The notes below the pieces were generated by a model that was given only the letters and a program-made list of their open reading frames with translations, was not told where the DNA came from and ran no database searches. Below are positions 50,987 to 60,402 of a stretch of DNA of 64,000 nt, piece after piece (position 1 is the first letter of the stretch; the number at the start of each line of letters is the position of its first letter). Source of the DNA: Bacilli bacterium. Lineage in GTDB: Bacteria > Bacillota_I > Bacilli_A > ML615J-28 > CAG-313. Where the stretch lies: assembly GCA_017501465.1 (NCBI GenBank), contig JAFVWY010000018.1, positions 77,829 through 141,828 on the forward strand, read 5' to 3'. A program made the translations under genes and the position numbers.

Positions 50987-51844
50987 ATGACTTATAATCA
51001 ATTATTAAACTATGGAAAAAAATTAGCGAAAAAGCATAAAGTAGAAATCGAAGGTATTAGACTTTTAGTTTTAGAGTTATCTAACTTAAATGGGGCTTTA
51101 TTTTTAGCATCAATTGATGAAGAATGTCCTAAAGATATTGAAGAAAAAATTCTAGATGCTTTTGATAAATATTTTAGTGGATTACCTGTTCAACACATTA
51201 TTGGTTATAGTTACTTTTATGGCTATAAAATGATAGTAAATAAAGATGTTTTAATTCCAAGACCTGAAACAGAAGAATTAATTGGTTATGTCTTAGCATA
51301 TTATGATGAAATGTTTGAAAACCAAGTTGTTGATTTAGTAGATGTAGGAACAGGATCTGGTAATATTGCTATTGCTCTTGCTAAAGAAGAAGCTAATATG
51401 AAAGTAGTAGCTACTGACATATCAAATGAAGCATTAAATACTGCTAAACAAAATGCCATAAACAATGAGGCTAATGTTAGTTTTTATCAAGGAAATATGT
51501 TGGATCCTTTGATTGAAAAAAATATGAAGTTTGATATTTTAGTATCGAATCCTCCATATATTCCTGATGATGAATATGTAGAACCACTTGTTTTAGATAA
51601 TGAACCAAATATTGCGTTATTTGGTGGTGACAAAGGAATGAAGTTTTACAATGAAATTTTTGAAAAAGCTCACCTTGTTTTAAAAGAAAAAGCTATTATG
51701 GCCTTTGAACATAGTCATAAGACAAAACAAGAAATGTTGGCTTTAGCTTCTAAATATTTCCCTGATGCAAAATCTTTTGTTATTCAAGATTTAAACGGAA
51801 AAGACCGCTTCTTAATCGTCTTAATAGGTAAAGAAAATGATTAA
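50987..51844 (+). CDS. prmC: Release-factor glutamine N5-methyltransferase PrmC (HemK)
   Basis: SAM-binding 'VDVGTGSGNIAIAL' and the catalytic 'NPPY' ('VSNPPYIP'). Confidence 0.9.
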   Translation: MTYNQLLNYGKKLAKKHKVEIEGIRLLVLELSNLNGALFLASIDEECPKDIEEKILDAFDKYFSGLPVQHIIGYSYFYGYKMIVNKDVLIPRPETEELIGYVLAYYDEMFENQVVDLVDVGTGSGNIAIALAKEEANMKVVATDISNEALNTAKQNAINNEANVSFYQGNMLDPLIEKNMKFDILVSNPPYIPDDEYVEPLVLDNEPNIALFGGDKGMKFYNEIFEKAHLVLKEKAIMAFEHSHKTKQEMLALASKYFPDAKSFVIQDLNGKDRFLIVLIGKEND

Positions 51845-52610
51845 ATTTATTAAATTATTTTTTATTTCTTTTTCCGTTCTTTTAAGTTTTAATAATTCAA
51901 TAAGTGGTACTAATTTTATAGAACAAGTAAATAAAGCATACGATAAATATGTTATAGTAGATGATGAAACAATTATGGTTGGGGATTATACTTTGGTTTT
52001 TGGCAGTTATAATAACAAGTATTATATATCTGTTTATTTATTAAATAATGGAACTCAAAATAATCATCAAATTAAAGTCTTAATAAATGATGAAGAATTA
52101 ACAACTTTTGTCTATGATAGTGGGGTTGTTTTAGGGTATGGGTTAGAAGTTAAATCTACTGATAAATTTAAAGTATATGTTAGTGATAAAAACACAGATA
52201 CTTTAATTGATACATATGATGTTCAAAACTTAATTGATGAATTAATAAAAAATCCATCTAATGGTTTATCAACTGGTGAATTTCCTAAAAACAAAAGAGA
52301 ATTAGATTTAATCAAAACCATTAAAATATATATATATTTGTTTATAGCATTATCTGTTGGTTTTATTGTTGTGTTAATTATTTTATATCGATTAAGAGCC
52401 GGTAGATTTAATAGCAACTTTAAAGAACAAGAAGAGAATTTATTCAAGAAAAATATTGAGGATGAAGAAATAATAGATGCTTCATTTGAAGTAGAACAAG
52501 TCAACAAACAAGAAATTATGGATCGTTTATTTGAAGAATATCGTCATGGTGATATCACAGAAGAAGAACTAAATGAAAAATTAAAGAAACTTTGGTGGAA
52601 TAATGATTAA
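51837..52610 (+). CDS. Membrane-anchored protein: signal peptide, beta-rich ectodomain, TM, and a cytoplasmic tail ending in a SHOCT-like motif
   Basis: TM 'IYIYLFIALSVGFIVVLIILY'. C-terminal 'DRLFEEYRHGDITEEELNEKLKKL' resembles SHOCT. It overlaps prmC by 8 nt and tsaC by 8 nt. Confidence 0.45.
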   Translation: MIKFIKLFFISFSVLLSFNNSISGTNFIEQVNKAYDKYVIVDDETIMVGDYTLVFGSYNNKYYISVYLLNNGTQNNHQIKVLINDEELTTFVYDSGVVLGYGLEVKSTDKFKVYVSDKNTDTLIDTYDVQNLIDELIKNPSNGLSTGEFPKNKRELDLIKTIKIYIYLFIALSVGFIVVLIILYRLRAGRFNSNFKEQEENLFKKNIEDEEIIDASFEVEQVNKQEIMDRLFEEYRHGDITEEELNEKLKKLWWNND

Positions 52611-53166
52611 ATTAACAAAAGAAGAATTATTGACAATAGATAAAACAAAACTTAGTGGTAAAGTATTGTGTTTTGTTACTGATACTGTATATGGTATTGG
52701 TGTAATGGTAGATGATAATATCAAAACTGGTCTTGATAAAATTTATCAAATGAAAAAAAGAGACTCTAATAAGCCTCTTGCAGTACTTGCTGGTAACATT
52801 AATCAGTTTATTGACCATGTTATTCTTAATAAACAAACTAGTAATTTGTTTAATGATTGGCCTGGTGCTTTAACAATTATTTTTAAGAAAAAAGATTCTT
52901 TTTTTGATTTAGTTACTAATCTTGATACTATTGGTATTAGAATACCTAATTGTAATATTACTTTAGATATCTTAAATCACTTAGGGTTGATTGCTACTAC
53001 AAGCGTAAATTTAAGTAGTTTTGAGCCCCTTAATAATTTAGATGAAATTATTAATTCATTTGGTGAATATATTGACTATTGTGTAACTGATACCTTCCCT
53101 TTATCTAAAACATCATCTAAGGTAGTAGATGCTACAACTGATGAAATTAAAATACTTAGAAAATAA
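52603..53166 (+). CDS. tsaC: L-threonylcarbamoyladenylate synthase (YrdC/YwlC/Sua5 family, short form)
   Basis: YrdC-like fold 'VLCFVTDTVYGIGV...KPLAVLAGN...', 187 aa. Downstream of prfA-prmC as ywlC is in Bacillus. Confidence 0.8.
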   Translation: MIKLTKEELLTIDKTKLSGKVLCFVTDTVYGIGVMVDDNIKTGLDKIYQMKKRDSNKPLAVLAGNINQFIDHVILNKQTSNLFNDWPGALTIIFKKKDSFFDLVTNLDTIGIRIPNCNITLDILNHLGLIATTSVNLSSFEPLNNLDEIINSFGEYIDYCVTDTFPLSKTSSKVVDATTDEIKILRK

Positions 53167-53216
53167 ATGTATAAATTACCAAACATTACCAATAATATTA
53201 TTGGTGATGTTTTTTT

Positions 53217-53678
53217 ATGAATAAGAAGTTTCAAATATATATATTTTTAATAACTTTATTAATCGGTTTTACTTTCTTTTTAACAAGTTGTCATGAACAA
53301 AATCAAATTAGAATTAGAATAAAAGCTAGTGATGATTCAAAAGAAGCCCAACTTTTAAAAGAAGAAATAAAAGATGAAGTTATTGAATTATTAAAAGACA
53401 ATAAAAGTTTAGATATTAATCATTTAGTAGATTATTTAAATGTTTCTTTGTCTAAAAAATATCAAGATATTACAGTAGTATATACAAAAGAAGCTTTTCC
53501 TGCCAAATCTATTAATGGTAAAGTAATTCCTAGTGGAACATATCCTACCATCTTAATTAAAATAAAAGATGGACTTGGTAGTAATTGGTGGAGTGTTTTA
53601 TATCCTGAATATTTTAATATTTCTTATGAGTCAACTGATGAAATAGAGTATCGCAGTTATTTTATAGATAAATACTAA
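53217..53678 (+). CDS. Small lipoprotein, unknown function
   Basis: Lipobox LTSC|HEQ. 153 aa. Confidence 0.5.
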   Translation: MNKKFQIYIFLITLLIGFTFFLTSCHEQNQIRIRIKASDDSKEAQLLKEEIKDEVIELLKDNKSLDINHLVDYLNVSLSKKYQDITVVYTKEAFPAKSINGKVIPSGTYPTILIKIKDGLGSNWWSVLYPEYFNISYESTDEIEYRSYFIDKY

Positions 53679-53841
53679 CAAAGTATTGAAAAGTTCAAAA
53701 ATGGCTTAATTTTAGGCCTATTTTTTGATTTTGGAAGCTATTTATTAAAAAAATGGTTTATATATGAGTTGGTAAATAAAAAAGCAATAATTATATGAAA
53801 AAAATATAATTATGTTATAATTAAATGATAGAGGTAAAATT

Positions 53842-56667
53842 ATGGCTAGAATTAATAATCAAATAATAGTAAAAGGTGCAAGAGAAAATAATTTAAAAAA
53901 TGTAGATATTACGCTACCAAAAGATAGTCTAATTGTCATGACAGGGGTAAGTGGTTCTGGGAAGACATCTTTAGCGTTTGATACCATTTATGCTGAAGGT
54001 CAAAGAAAATATGTCGAAAGCTTATCAGCATACGCTAGACAATTTTTAGATAATGTTAATAAACCAGATGTTGATCAAATTGAAGGTTTATCACCTGCTA
54101 TTTCTATTGACCAAAAAACAACTAGTAAAAATCCAAGATCTACTGTAGGTACTGTTACTGAAATCTATGATTATTTAAGATTATTATACGCAAGAATAGG
54201 TCATCCAACATGTCCTGTTCATCATATTGAGATTAACGCTCAAACATATGAAGAAATGGTAGATAAGATTTATACATATGAAGAAAACTCTAAGATAATT
54301 ATTATGGGTATTATTTGTGAGAACCAAAAAGGGACTCACGAAAAGGTCTTTGATATTTTAAGAAAAGATGGTTATTCTAAAGTCTTAATAGATGAAGAAA
54401 TGATTGACTTGGATGAAGATATTAAATTAGATAAAAATAAGAAACATAATATATATGTTATTATTGACCGTTTACGTTTAAATCAAGAAAATAGAAGTAG
54501 AATCTATGAATCAATAGAAACTGCAGCGACACACAGTAACGGTAAATTATATGTAGAAATTAATGATGAAAGATTATTATTTAGTGAACATTATTCATGT
54601 CCACATTGTGATTTTACTGTACCTAAATTAGAACCTGCAATGTTTTCTTTCAACTCTCCTCTTGGGGCTTGTAGTGAATGTAAAGGTCTTGGTATTATTT
54701 CTAGTGTTGATCCTGATTTATTAATAGTTGATGATAACTTAAGTATTGCTGATGGGGCCATTCGTTATTTGAAAAATATTGTTTTTTCTGAAAACATTGA
54801 GTGGCAACAATATAAAAAGTTATGTGATTATTATGGTATTGATTTATTCGTGCCTTATAAGAATTTAACTGATTTACAAAAAGAAGTTTTATTATATGGT
54901 TCTAAAGAACCAATTTCGTATGAAATTCATACCACTGGTGGAATTACCATGAAAAAGAATAAAATCATTGAAGGTTTGATTCCACTAATTGAAAGAAGAT
55001 ATCAAGAAACAACTTCTAGTTTTGCTCGTGAATATTATGGCTCTTACTTAGCAGAAGTAAACTGTCCAGTTTGTAATGGTAAAAGATTATCACCTATGGT
55101 TTTATCGGTTTTAATTAATAATTTAAATATTCATGATTTTACAGAACTTTCTGTTTTACAAGCACTAGATTTTGTTAATAATTTAAAACTTACACCAATG
55201 GAAGAACAAATTGCTAAACTGGTATTAAAAGAAATTAAAGAAAGATTAGAATTCTTAAAAAAAGTTGGTTTAGAATATTTAACTTTATCAAGAAAAGCCG
55301 GTACATTATCAGGTGGTGAGGCTCAACGAATAAGACTTGCTACGCAAATTGGTTCACATTTAACTGATGTTTTATATGTTTTAGATGAACCTTCAATTGG
55401 CTTACACCAAAGGGATAATTCTAGATTAATTGATGCTTTAAAAGTAATGAGAGATTTAGGTAATACTTTGATTGTCGTTGAACATGATGAAGAGATTATG
55501 CATCAAGCTGATTATTTAGTAGACATTGGTCCTGGTGCAGGTGTTCATGGTGGTGAGGTTGTAGCATATGGCAAGCCTGAAGAATTTAAAAACTTTACTA
55601 ATTCCATTACAGCTGATTATTTATTTGGTAGAAAGAAAATTCTAGTACCAAGTAAAAGAAGAAGCGGAAATGGTAAAGTTTTAAAAGTTATTAACGCAAG
55701 AGAAAATAATTTGAAAAATATTAATGTGGAAATTCCACTAAATAAAATTACTTGTGTAACAGGAGTAAGTGGAAGTGGTAAGTCTACTTTAGTTAATGAA
55801 ATTGTCGCAAACGCAATTAGTAAAAAGCTATATAAAAGTAAAGTTCATGTTGGCAAACATGATGCAATCGAAGGTATTGAAAATTTAGATAAAATAATTA
55901 TTATTGACCAATCTCCAATTGGAAGAACGCCAAGAAGTAATCCAGCAACTTATACTGGCGTATTTGATTTAATCAGAGATGTTTTCACAAATGTTATTGA
56001 ATCACAAAAAAGAGGTTATACAAAGGGAAGATTTTCTTTTAATGTTAAAGGTGGTCGATGTGAAACTTGTCAAGGGGATGGGGTAATTAGAATTTCAATG
56101 CACTTTTTACCAGACGTTTATATTCCATGTTCTGCGTGTCATGGTAAAAGGTATAATCGAGAAACGTTAGATATTAAATATCATGATAAGACAATTGCTG
56201 AAGTATTAGATATGACTGTAGAAGATGCGTTAAAATTCTTTGATCATATTCCAAATATTAAAAATAGATTACAAACTTTATATGATGTAGGTCTTGGTTA
56301 TATTAAGCTTGGTCAATCATCAACAACATTATCTGGTGGAGAAGCTCAAAGAGTAAAACTTGCAAGTGAGCTTTATAAGAAAGTTACAGATGGTTCTATT
56401 TATATTTTAGATGAACCAACAACTGGACTTCATACATCAGATATTGCAAAACTTATTGAAGTGTTAAACAGATTAGTAGATGCAGGGGGAACAGTTTTAA
56501 TTATTGAACATAATTTAGATATTATTAAAATATCTGACCATATTATTGATTTAGGTCCAGAAGGCGGTGACGGTGGGGGAACGGTAGTCGCATGTGGCAC
56601 TCCAGAAGAAGTAGCGAATGTTGATGCTTCATATACTGGACAATATTTGAAAAAAGTATTAAAATAA
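53842..56667 (+). CDS. uvrA: Excinuclease ABC subunit A
   Basis: Two ABC ATPase modules (GVSGSGKTSLAFDT..., GVSGSGKSTLVNE...), zinc fingers 'CPHCDF...CSEC' and 'CETCQGDG...CSACHGKRY'. 941 aa. No Cheo/LexA box (GAAC-N4-GTTC) was seen upstream. Confidence 0.95.
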   Translation: MARINNQIIVKGARENNLKNVDITLPKDSLIVMTGVSGSGKTSLAFDTIYAEGQRKYVESLSAYARQFLDNVNKPDVDQIEGLSPAISIDQKTTSKNPRSTVGTVTEIYDYLRLLYARIGHPTCPVHHIEINAQTYEEMVDKIYTYEENSKIIIMGIICENQKGTHEKVFDILRKDGYSKVLIDEEMIDLDEDIKLDKNKKHNIYVIIDRLRLNQENRSRIYESIETAATHSNGKLYVEINDERLLFSEHYSCPHCDFTVPKLEPAMFSFNSPLGACSECKGLGIISSVDPDLLIVDDNLSIADGAIRYLKNIVFSENIEWQQYKKLCDYYGIDLFVPYKNLTDLQKEVLLYGSKEPISYEIHTTGGITMKKNKIIEGLIPLIERRYQETTSSFAREYYGSYLAEVNCPVCNGKRLSPMVLSVLINNLNIHDFTELSVLQALDFVNNLKLTPMEEQIAKLVLKEIKERLEFLKKVGLEYLTLSRKAGTLSGGEAQRIRLATQIGSHLTDVLYVLDEPSIGLHQRDNSRLIDALKVMRDLGNTLIVVEHDEEIMHQADYLVDIGPGAGVHGGEVVAYGKPEEFKNFTNSITADYLFGRKKILVPSKRRSGNGKVLKVINARENNLKNINVEIPLNKITCVTGVSGSGKSTLVNEIVANAISKKLYKSKVHVGKHDAIEGIENLDKIIIIDQSPIGRTPRSNPATYTGVFDLIRDVFTNVIESQKRGYTKGRFSFNVKGGRCETCQGDGVIRISMHFLPDVYIPCSACHGKRYNRETLDIKYHDKTIAEVLDMTVEDALKFFDHIPNIKNRLQTLYDVGLGYIKLGQSSTTLSGGEAQRVKLASELYKKVTDGSIYILDEPTTGLHTSDIAKLIEVLNRLVDAGGTVLIIEHNLDIIKISDHIIDLGPEGGDGGGTVVACGTPEEVANVDASYTGQYLKKVLK

Positions 56668-56692
56668 TTCTTATTCCCCACTTATTTAGAAA

Positions 56693-57280
56693 GTGTGGTA
56701 TAATTTATTGAAAACAAAAAAAGAAAAATTATTTGTGATAATAATTTTACTCATTTTATCAATATTAATTTCATTAATACCTAATGTTTATAATTTGATA
56801 AAAGCTTTTATTAAAATACATCCCATCATATATATATTTAATCTATTTTTAGTATTATATTATTGGTGGTTAAGTTTAAATAGAAAAAACAATTTCATAA
56901 CATTTATTATCATATACAGTATATTTTTAATTATTAATTTATTAATAAGAAATCAAAGTAAAGAAAATATTAATACCATCTTTTATTTAAAAGATTGGCT
57001 TAAGTTATTGTTTTCGAATAAAATAGTATTTATTAATGTTATAGGTAATATATTACTTTTTATACCTCTTGGTTTTATTATTAATACATTATTGGATAAT
57101 TTCTTTTATACGATGTTTTTAAGTCTTTTCATAATTTTAATTTTAGAATTGATGCAGTTTATAACAAAACGTGGTGTATTTGATTTAATAGATGTTTTAC
57201 TAAATATGATAGGTATAATAATAGGACTAATGTTAAAGAGGAAAGAACTATGGATGATAAAAAAGAACCAAGAGAGTTAA
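56693..57280 (+). CDS. VanZ-like family membrane protein (second paralog). Start codon uncertain.
   Basis: VanZ core 'IGNILLFIPLGFIINTLL'. The track start GTG at 56693 coincides with a TGtGGTATAAT extended -10-like sequence, so the true start is probably downstream (TTG at 56708 or GTG at 56735). Confidence 0.5.
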   Translation: MWYNLLKTKKEKLFVIIILLILSILISLIPNVYNLIKAFIKIHPIIYIFNLFLVLYYWWLSLNRKNNFITFIIIYSIFLIINLLIRNQSKENINTIFYLKDWLKLLFSNKIVFINVIGNILLFIPLGFIINTLLDNFFYTMFLSLFIILILELMQFITKRGVFDLIDVLLNMIGIIIGLMLKRKELWMIKKNQES

Positions 57281-57780
57281 CCGATCAAGAAAAAGAAATT
57301 CTAACCAAAATGGAAAATGCTGAATCAGAAGAAGAATTAATGAAGTTAATTGAAGAAATACAAAAAGAATCAAAAGATGCTAATGTAACAATTACTCCCA
57401 TTAAAGTTCCAAGTAAGAAATTTTTCCTTATTCGTTTTATAATTGAATGTCTTTTAGTTGGATTAGTTTCTTTTGCGTTAATCAGTATTTTCAAACCATT
57501 CACAATCGTTTCTGAGTATGGTGTTTATATATATATTAGTTCTATTGTTATTTGTCAAATTATAATTAATTTATTATTAAGATTAATTAAACATCCGTTT
57601 ATCATATTATTTACTGGTATTATATCTTGTTTATTGTTGATTATTGTAATGTGTATAATTCCAATTTTTATGAAACAAATGTTGATTACTAATTTTAATA
57701 ATTTGTTCTTTATTGCGATATTTACTGCTTTATTAAAAGCAATGATATTACCTACTCTATCTAAATTTATTCGAGGTTAA
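57250..57780 (+). CDS. Membrane protein with an acidic N-terminal cytoplasmic segment and 3-4 TM helices. Unknown function.
   Basis: MDDKKEPRELTDQEKEIL...EELMKLIEEIQKE followed by hydrophobic helices. It overlaps the VanZ gene by 31 nt. Confidence 0.4.
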   Translation: MDDKKEPRELTDQEKEILTKMENAESEEELMKLIEEIQKESKDANVTITPIKVPSKKFFLIRFIIECLLVGLVSFALISIFKPFTIVSEYGVYIYISSIVICQIIINLLLRLIKHPFIILFTGIISCLLLIIVMCIIPIFMKQMLITNFNNLFFIAIFTALLKAMILPTLSKFIRG

Positions 57781-57783
57781 AAT

Positions 57784-59544
57784 ATGAAGAATTTAACAAA
57801 AAAACAAAAAAGTGATATTTTTGGTATTGCCTTACTAATTGTAGCATTTATAATTTATGCAATTATTAGCATTACATATAAGTACCCATTCGCTGAACAT
57901 ATAACACCTACTGCTTTAAATAAAGTAGCTATTCCAATAAGTGATCGTATTCAAGTTAGATGGTATGCGATCTTTGTTGTGGGTGGTGCTGCAGCATTAT
58001 CGGTATTTGGATATTATAGATATTTAAAACCTTTAAAACTTGATTCTGATAATACCTTAACTGGTGTAACATTTGGTATTTTATTTGGAATCTTGGGCGC
58101 TAGATTATATTATGTATTATTTGAACATACTGGAATTTCATTTGATGAAGGATTCTTTAGAGGTATCTTACAAATTATTAATCCAGCTGATGGCGGTTTA
58201 GCTATTCATGGTGCTTTATATGGTGCTTGTATTTATATTTTCTTTTTTACAAGAAAACGTGGATTAAAATTATTAGAAATAATTGAAATCGTTCTACCTG
58301 TGTTTATGCTTGCACAAGTTGTAGGAAGATGGGGAAATTTCTTTAATCAAGAAGCATATGGCCCATTAGTTGGTGGTTTTACTAATTATCCTTTAACGGA
58401 TGAACAATTAATTAGTCAAAGAGAAACCTTAAGACATTTATTAGTTCCTAACTTTGTTATTGATAATATGTATATTAAAAGTTATGTAAAAGTTGCTGGA
58501 TATTATCATCCTACATTCTTTTATGAAGGAGTAGCAAACCTTTTTGGTGCGGTTGCTTACTTAATTTTGAGAAAGAAGAGCAAGAAAATTTATATTGGTG
58601 ATGGTATAAGTTTTTATCTATTCTGGTATGGATTTGTTAGATTATTTATCGAAATTTTAAGACAAGATCCATTGACATTCCCTTTATTTGGTATGAATAT
58701 AAAGGTTGCAATTTTAACTTCTGTTATCTTTATGATTGTAGGTATTTTACTATTTATCTTAAGAAGAGTATTTAAATTCCATTTGGTTTCATGTCGTGAA
58801 TTTATTTATAATGGTGGTACTTTATGGAAAGAAGGATATGGTCCAAAAGGTAAAATCATTGAAGAAGAAAAAGAAGAAATTAATACAAATAAAGTAATCT
58901 TCTTTGACTGTGATGGAACTCTTTTAGATACTTTCACTTTAATTGAAAAAACAACGATGAGAGTATTTGATGAATTACTTCCGGATTATCAATATACAAT
59001 AGAAGAGATTCATGCTTTCTTTGGCCCTTTATTAAATGAAAGTTTTGCTAAGTACGCTAAAGATGAAGAACAATTAGAACAACTTGTTGAAAGATATCGC
59101 GTTCTTAATAAAGAACTTCATGAAGAATATATTAAATCTTTTGATGGTATTTATGAAATGCTACAAGAATTAAAACAAAAAGGAATTACAACGGTTATTG
59201 TTTCTAATAAAGTAACCTCTGCAATTATTCAAGGTTTACAAATTTGTGGTATTCATGAATTTATTGATGAAGTTGTTGGTGTAGAAAAACTTTCAAAACC
59301 TAAACCAGACCCTGATGGAATTTATGAATTAATGGAAAAATATAATATAGATCGAGGTTTATTTGTTGGTGATACAGAATTTGACATTACAACAGTTAAC
59401 AATGTCAAAACTAAATATCCTAACCTTTTATCAGTCGGTGTTACTTGGTGTAAAACATCACGTGAAAAGTTTAACGAACTAAATGCTGATTATGTAATTG
59501 ATAAACCAAGTGAATTGGTAGAAGTGATTAAAAATTATGAATAG
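57784..59544 (+). CDS. lgt: Prolipoprotein diacylglyceryl transferase (Lgt) fused to a C-terminal HAD-superfamily phosphatase (PpaX/phosphoglycolate-phosphatase-like)
   Basis: Lgt signature 'GRWGNFFNQEAYG' and seven TM helices in residues about 1-330. HAD motifs I 'IFFDCDGTLLDT', II 'VSNKV', K 'KPKPDPDG', IV 'FVGDTEFDITT' in residues about 370-586. This is one continuous ORF of 586 aa. Confidence 0.85.
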   Translation: MKNLTKKQKSDIFGIALLIVAFIIYAIISITYKYPFAEHITPTALNKVAIPISDRIQVRWYAIFVVGGAAALSVFGYYRYLKPLKLDSDNTLTGVTFGILFGILGARLYYVLFEHTGISFDEGFFRGILQIINPADGGLAIHGALYGACIYIFFFTRKRGLKLLEIIEIVLPVFMLAQVVGRWGNFFNQEAYGPLVGGFTNYPLTDEQLISQRETLRHLLVPNFVIDNMYIKSYVKVAGYYHPTFFYEGVANLFGAVAYLILRKKSKKIYIGDGISFYLFWYGFVRLFIEILRQDPLTFPLFGMNIKVAILTSVIFMIVGILLFILRRVFKFHLVSCREFIYNGGTLWKEGYGPKGKIIEEEKEEINTNKVIFFDCDGTLLDTFTLIEKTTMRVFDELLPDYQYTIEEIHAFFGPLLNESFAKYAKDEEQLEQLVERYRVLNKELHEEYIKSFDGIYEMLQELKQKGITTVIVSNKVTSAIIQGLQICGIHEFIDEVVGVEKLSKPKPDPDGIYELMEKYNIDRGLFVGDTEFDITTVNNVKTKYPNLLSVGVTWCKTSREKFNELNADYVIDKPSELVEVIKNYE

Positions 59545-60391
59545 ATATGATTGTATTGTAATTGGCGCGGGTCCTGCTGGAATTAGTGCTTGTATATATC
59601 TACAAAGATCAAAACTTAAGGTTTTGTTAATTGAAAAATCAACTCCAGGTGGCAGAATGTTACAAGCATCTAAGATTGATAATTATGCTGGGCTTAATGA
59701 TTCTGGTATAAATATTGCTGCCAAGATGTTTGAGATGTTAGATCTTACTAAAATTGATTTTGTCATCGAAACTGTAACTAAAGTTACAAAAGAAAAAGAT
59801 ATTAAGGTAGTAACTAACCAAAATGAATATGTTTGTAGTAAATTAATTATTGCAACTGGTTTTGTTAACAAAACACTACCCAATACTAACGAATTAGATT
59901 TTGTTGGTAGAGGTATTAGCTATTGTGCATTATGTGATGCACCACTTGTTAAAAATAAAAAAATACTAGCGTATGCTAATTCTAAAAAATCGCTTGATGA
60001 AATTTTATATTTATCAACACTAGCTGATAAAGTATATTTAATAACAAAGGATAAAACAATTTCTAAAGATAATATTGAAGTATTAAATGATACAACAATT
60101 AAACGTTTTAATGGAACATTTAAATTAAATAGTGTTACAGTTATTAAAGATGATAAAGAAATTGATCTAGAAGTATCGATGGCATTCATATATAATGGAT
60201 ATATACCAGGTACAAATTTTGTTAAAGATTTAAATTTAACTAATAGTTTTGGTTTAATTGAGATTGATGGAAAATACGAAACAAAAGTTAAAAATATATA
60301 TGCAATAGGAGATGTAAATAATAGAAACGTTAAACAAGTAGCCACCGCGGTAGGTGATGGTGCTTATGTTTCAAGTATTATAATTAAATAG
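59537..60391 (+). CDS. trxB: Thioredoxin-reductase-like flavoprotein (TrxB family) with the redox CxxC retained but NADPH-binding motifs degenerate
   Basis: FAD GxGxxG 'VIGAGPAG'. Redox 'CALCD'. C-terminal 'IYAIGDV'. The region aligning to E. coli 'VAVIGGGNTA...HLIHRRD' reads 'ILAYANSKKS...YLITKDK'. 284 aa. Confidence 0.75.
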   Translation: MNRYDCIVIGAGPAGISACIYLQRSKLKVLLIEKSTPGGRMLQASKIDNYAGLNDSGINIAAKMFEMLDLTKIDFVIETVTKVTKEKDIKVVTNQNEYVCSKLIIATGFVNKTLPNTNELDFVGRGISYCALCDAPLVKNKKILAYANSKKSLDEILYLSTLADKVYLITKDKTISKDNIEVLNDTTIKRFNGTFKLNSVTVIKDDKEIDLEVSMAFIYNGYIPGTNFVKDLNLTNSFGLIEIDGKYETKVKNIYAIGDVNNRNVKQVATAVGDGAYVSSIIIK

Positions 60392-60402
60392 GGGGTATTA
60401 AA

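Noticed and set aside
53167-53216. Perfect palindrome ccaataatattattgg between tsaC and the small lipoprotein
   Set aside because: It could be a terminator or operator. But the T-run is separated from the stem by 6 nt and the next start codon follows immediately. Too ambiguous to call.
53680-53841. LexA/Cheo box upstream of uvrA
   Set aside because: I searched by eye for GAAC-N4-GTTC and found no match. Only a TGtTATAAT promoter-like element at about 53808 is present.
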